From IMG/VR virus record IMGVR_UViG_3300042473_000506: a stretch of DNA of 64,000 bases; one strand, 5' to 3'. Below, in pieces: positions 63,924-64,000 of the stretch. The notes beneath the pieces are model-generated. The model did no database searches. It was not told where the DNA came from and saw only the letters and a list, made by a program, of their open reading frames with translations. Positions within the stretch are counted from its first letter, which is position 1. Each line of letters starts with the position of its first letter. Source of the DNA: a virus. Lineage: Duplodnaviria > Heunggongvirae > Uroviricota > Caudoviricetes. The position numbers and the translations under genes were made by a program.

Positions 63924-64000
63924 TGGTACCCCTGACCGGATTCGAACCGGTACTTGACAATGTTTAAGACTGTTGCCTGCTACCAATTGGGCTACAGGGG
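63924..64000 (-). tRNA. tRNA gene truncated by the window edge (anticodon-loop candidate CTTAAAC)
   Basis: CCA, acceptor CAGGGGT, T ACCGG-TTCGAAT-CCGGT present; the 5' acceptor strand runs off the end of the window. Confidence 0.35.

Noticed and set aside
59069-63986. ORFs overlapping the tRNA array (59069..59257, 59282..59626, 59478..59729, 60240..60461, 60595..60891, 61021..61401, 61044..61289, 61726..62058, 62130..62342, 63624..63986, 63671..63898)
   Set aside because: Each spans one or more tRNA genes or their spacers (peptides like 'GFEP' or 'RIELS' come from T-arm sequences). They have no RBS and the tRNA structures explain the sequence.

Overview
The window reads as part of a large T4-like dsDNA myophage genome. 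It carries rIIA/rIIB homologues, many host-type sigma70 consensus promoters (TTGACA-N17-TATAAT) and TATAAATA-like late promoters ahead of structural genes. Genes are tightly packed with frequent ATGA-type overlaps.

- **Region 1-39 kb (almost all minus strand).** A GroES-like co-chaperonin. Three collagen-like (G-X-Y) tail-fibre genes, one ending in a peptidase-S74 intramolecular-chaperone domain. UvdE, ClpP, QueD, FolE, MazG and dCMP deaminase. A UDP-sugar / glycosyltransferase gene set: UDP-glucuronate decarboxylase (UXS), a short UDP-glucose dehydrogenase (UGDH)-like gene, two cytidylyltransferases and several glycosyltransferases (GTs). A secreted DD-carboxypeptidase, a Bax-inhibitor-1-like membrane protein and an SPFH lipoprotein. 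A signalling cluster of a SpoT-like HD (p)ppGpp hydrolase, a metallophosphatase, a P-loop kinase and a dual-specificity (DUSP) phosphatase.
- **Region 39.3-57.3 kb.** A visibly AT-richer accessory island with genes on both strands. It is the best candidate for an undescribed system. It holds eight paralogous small HxD...H...R (2OG/Fe(II) oxygenase-like) proteins, two membrane di-iron desaturase/hydroxylase-like proteins, four PP-loop (SGGxDS) ATP-pyrophosphatases (two of them AsnB-like), a B12-binding radical-SAM enzyme, a Rieske oxygenase, an NMO/FabK-like flavoenzyme, GNAT-like proteins and two signal-peptide TctC-like binding proteins.
- **Region 58.6-64 kb.** A minus-strand array of about 20 tRNA genes, several atypical or broken. 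Embedded in it are an RNA-polymerase omega (RpoZ) homologue, a small Cys-rich protein, an ORF-free structured region of about 500 nt, and a second B12-radical-SAM paralogue.

All calls rest on motif-level reading of the supplied translations and of the DNA. No database search was run.
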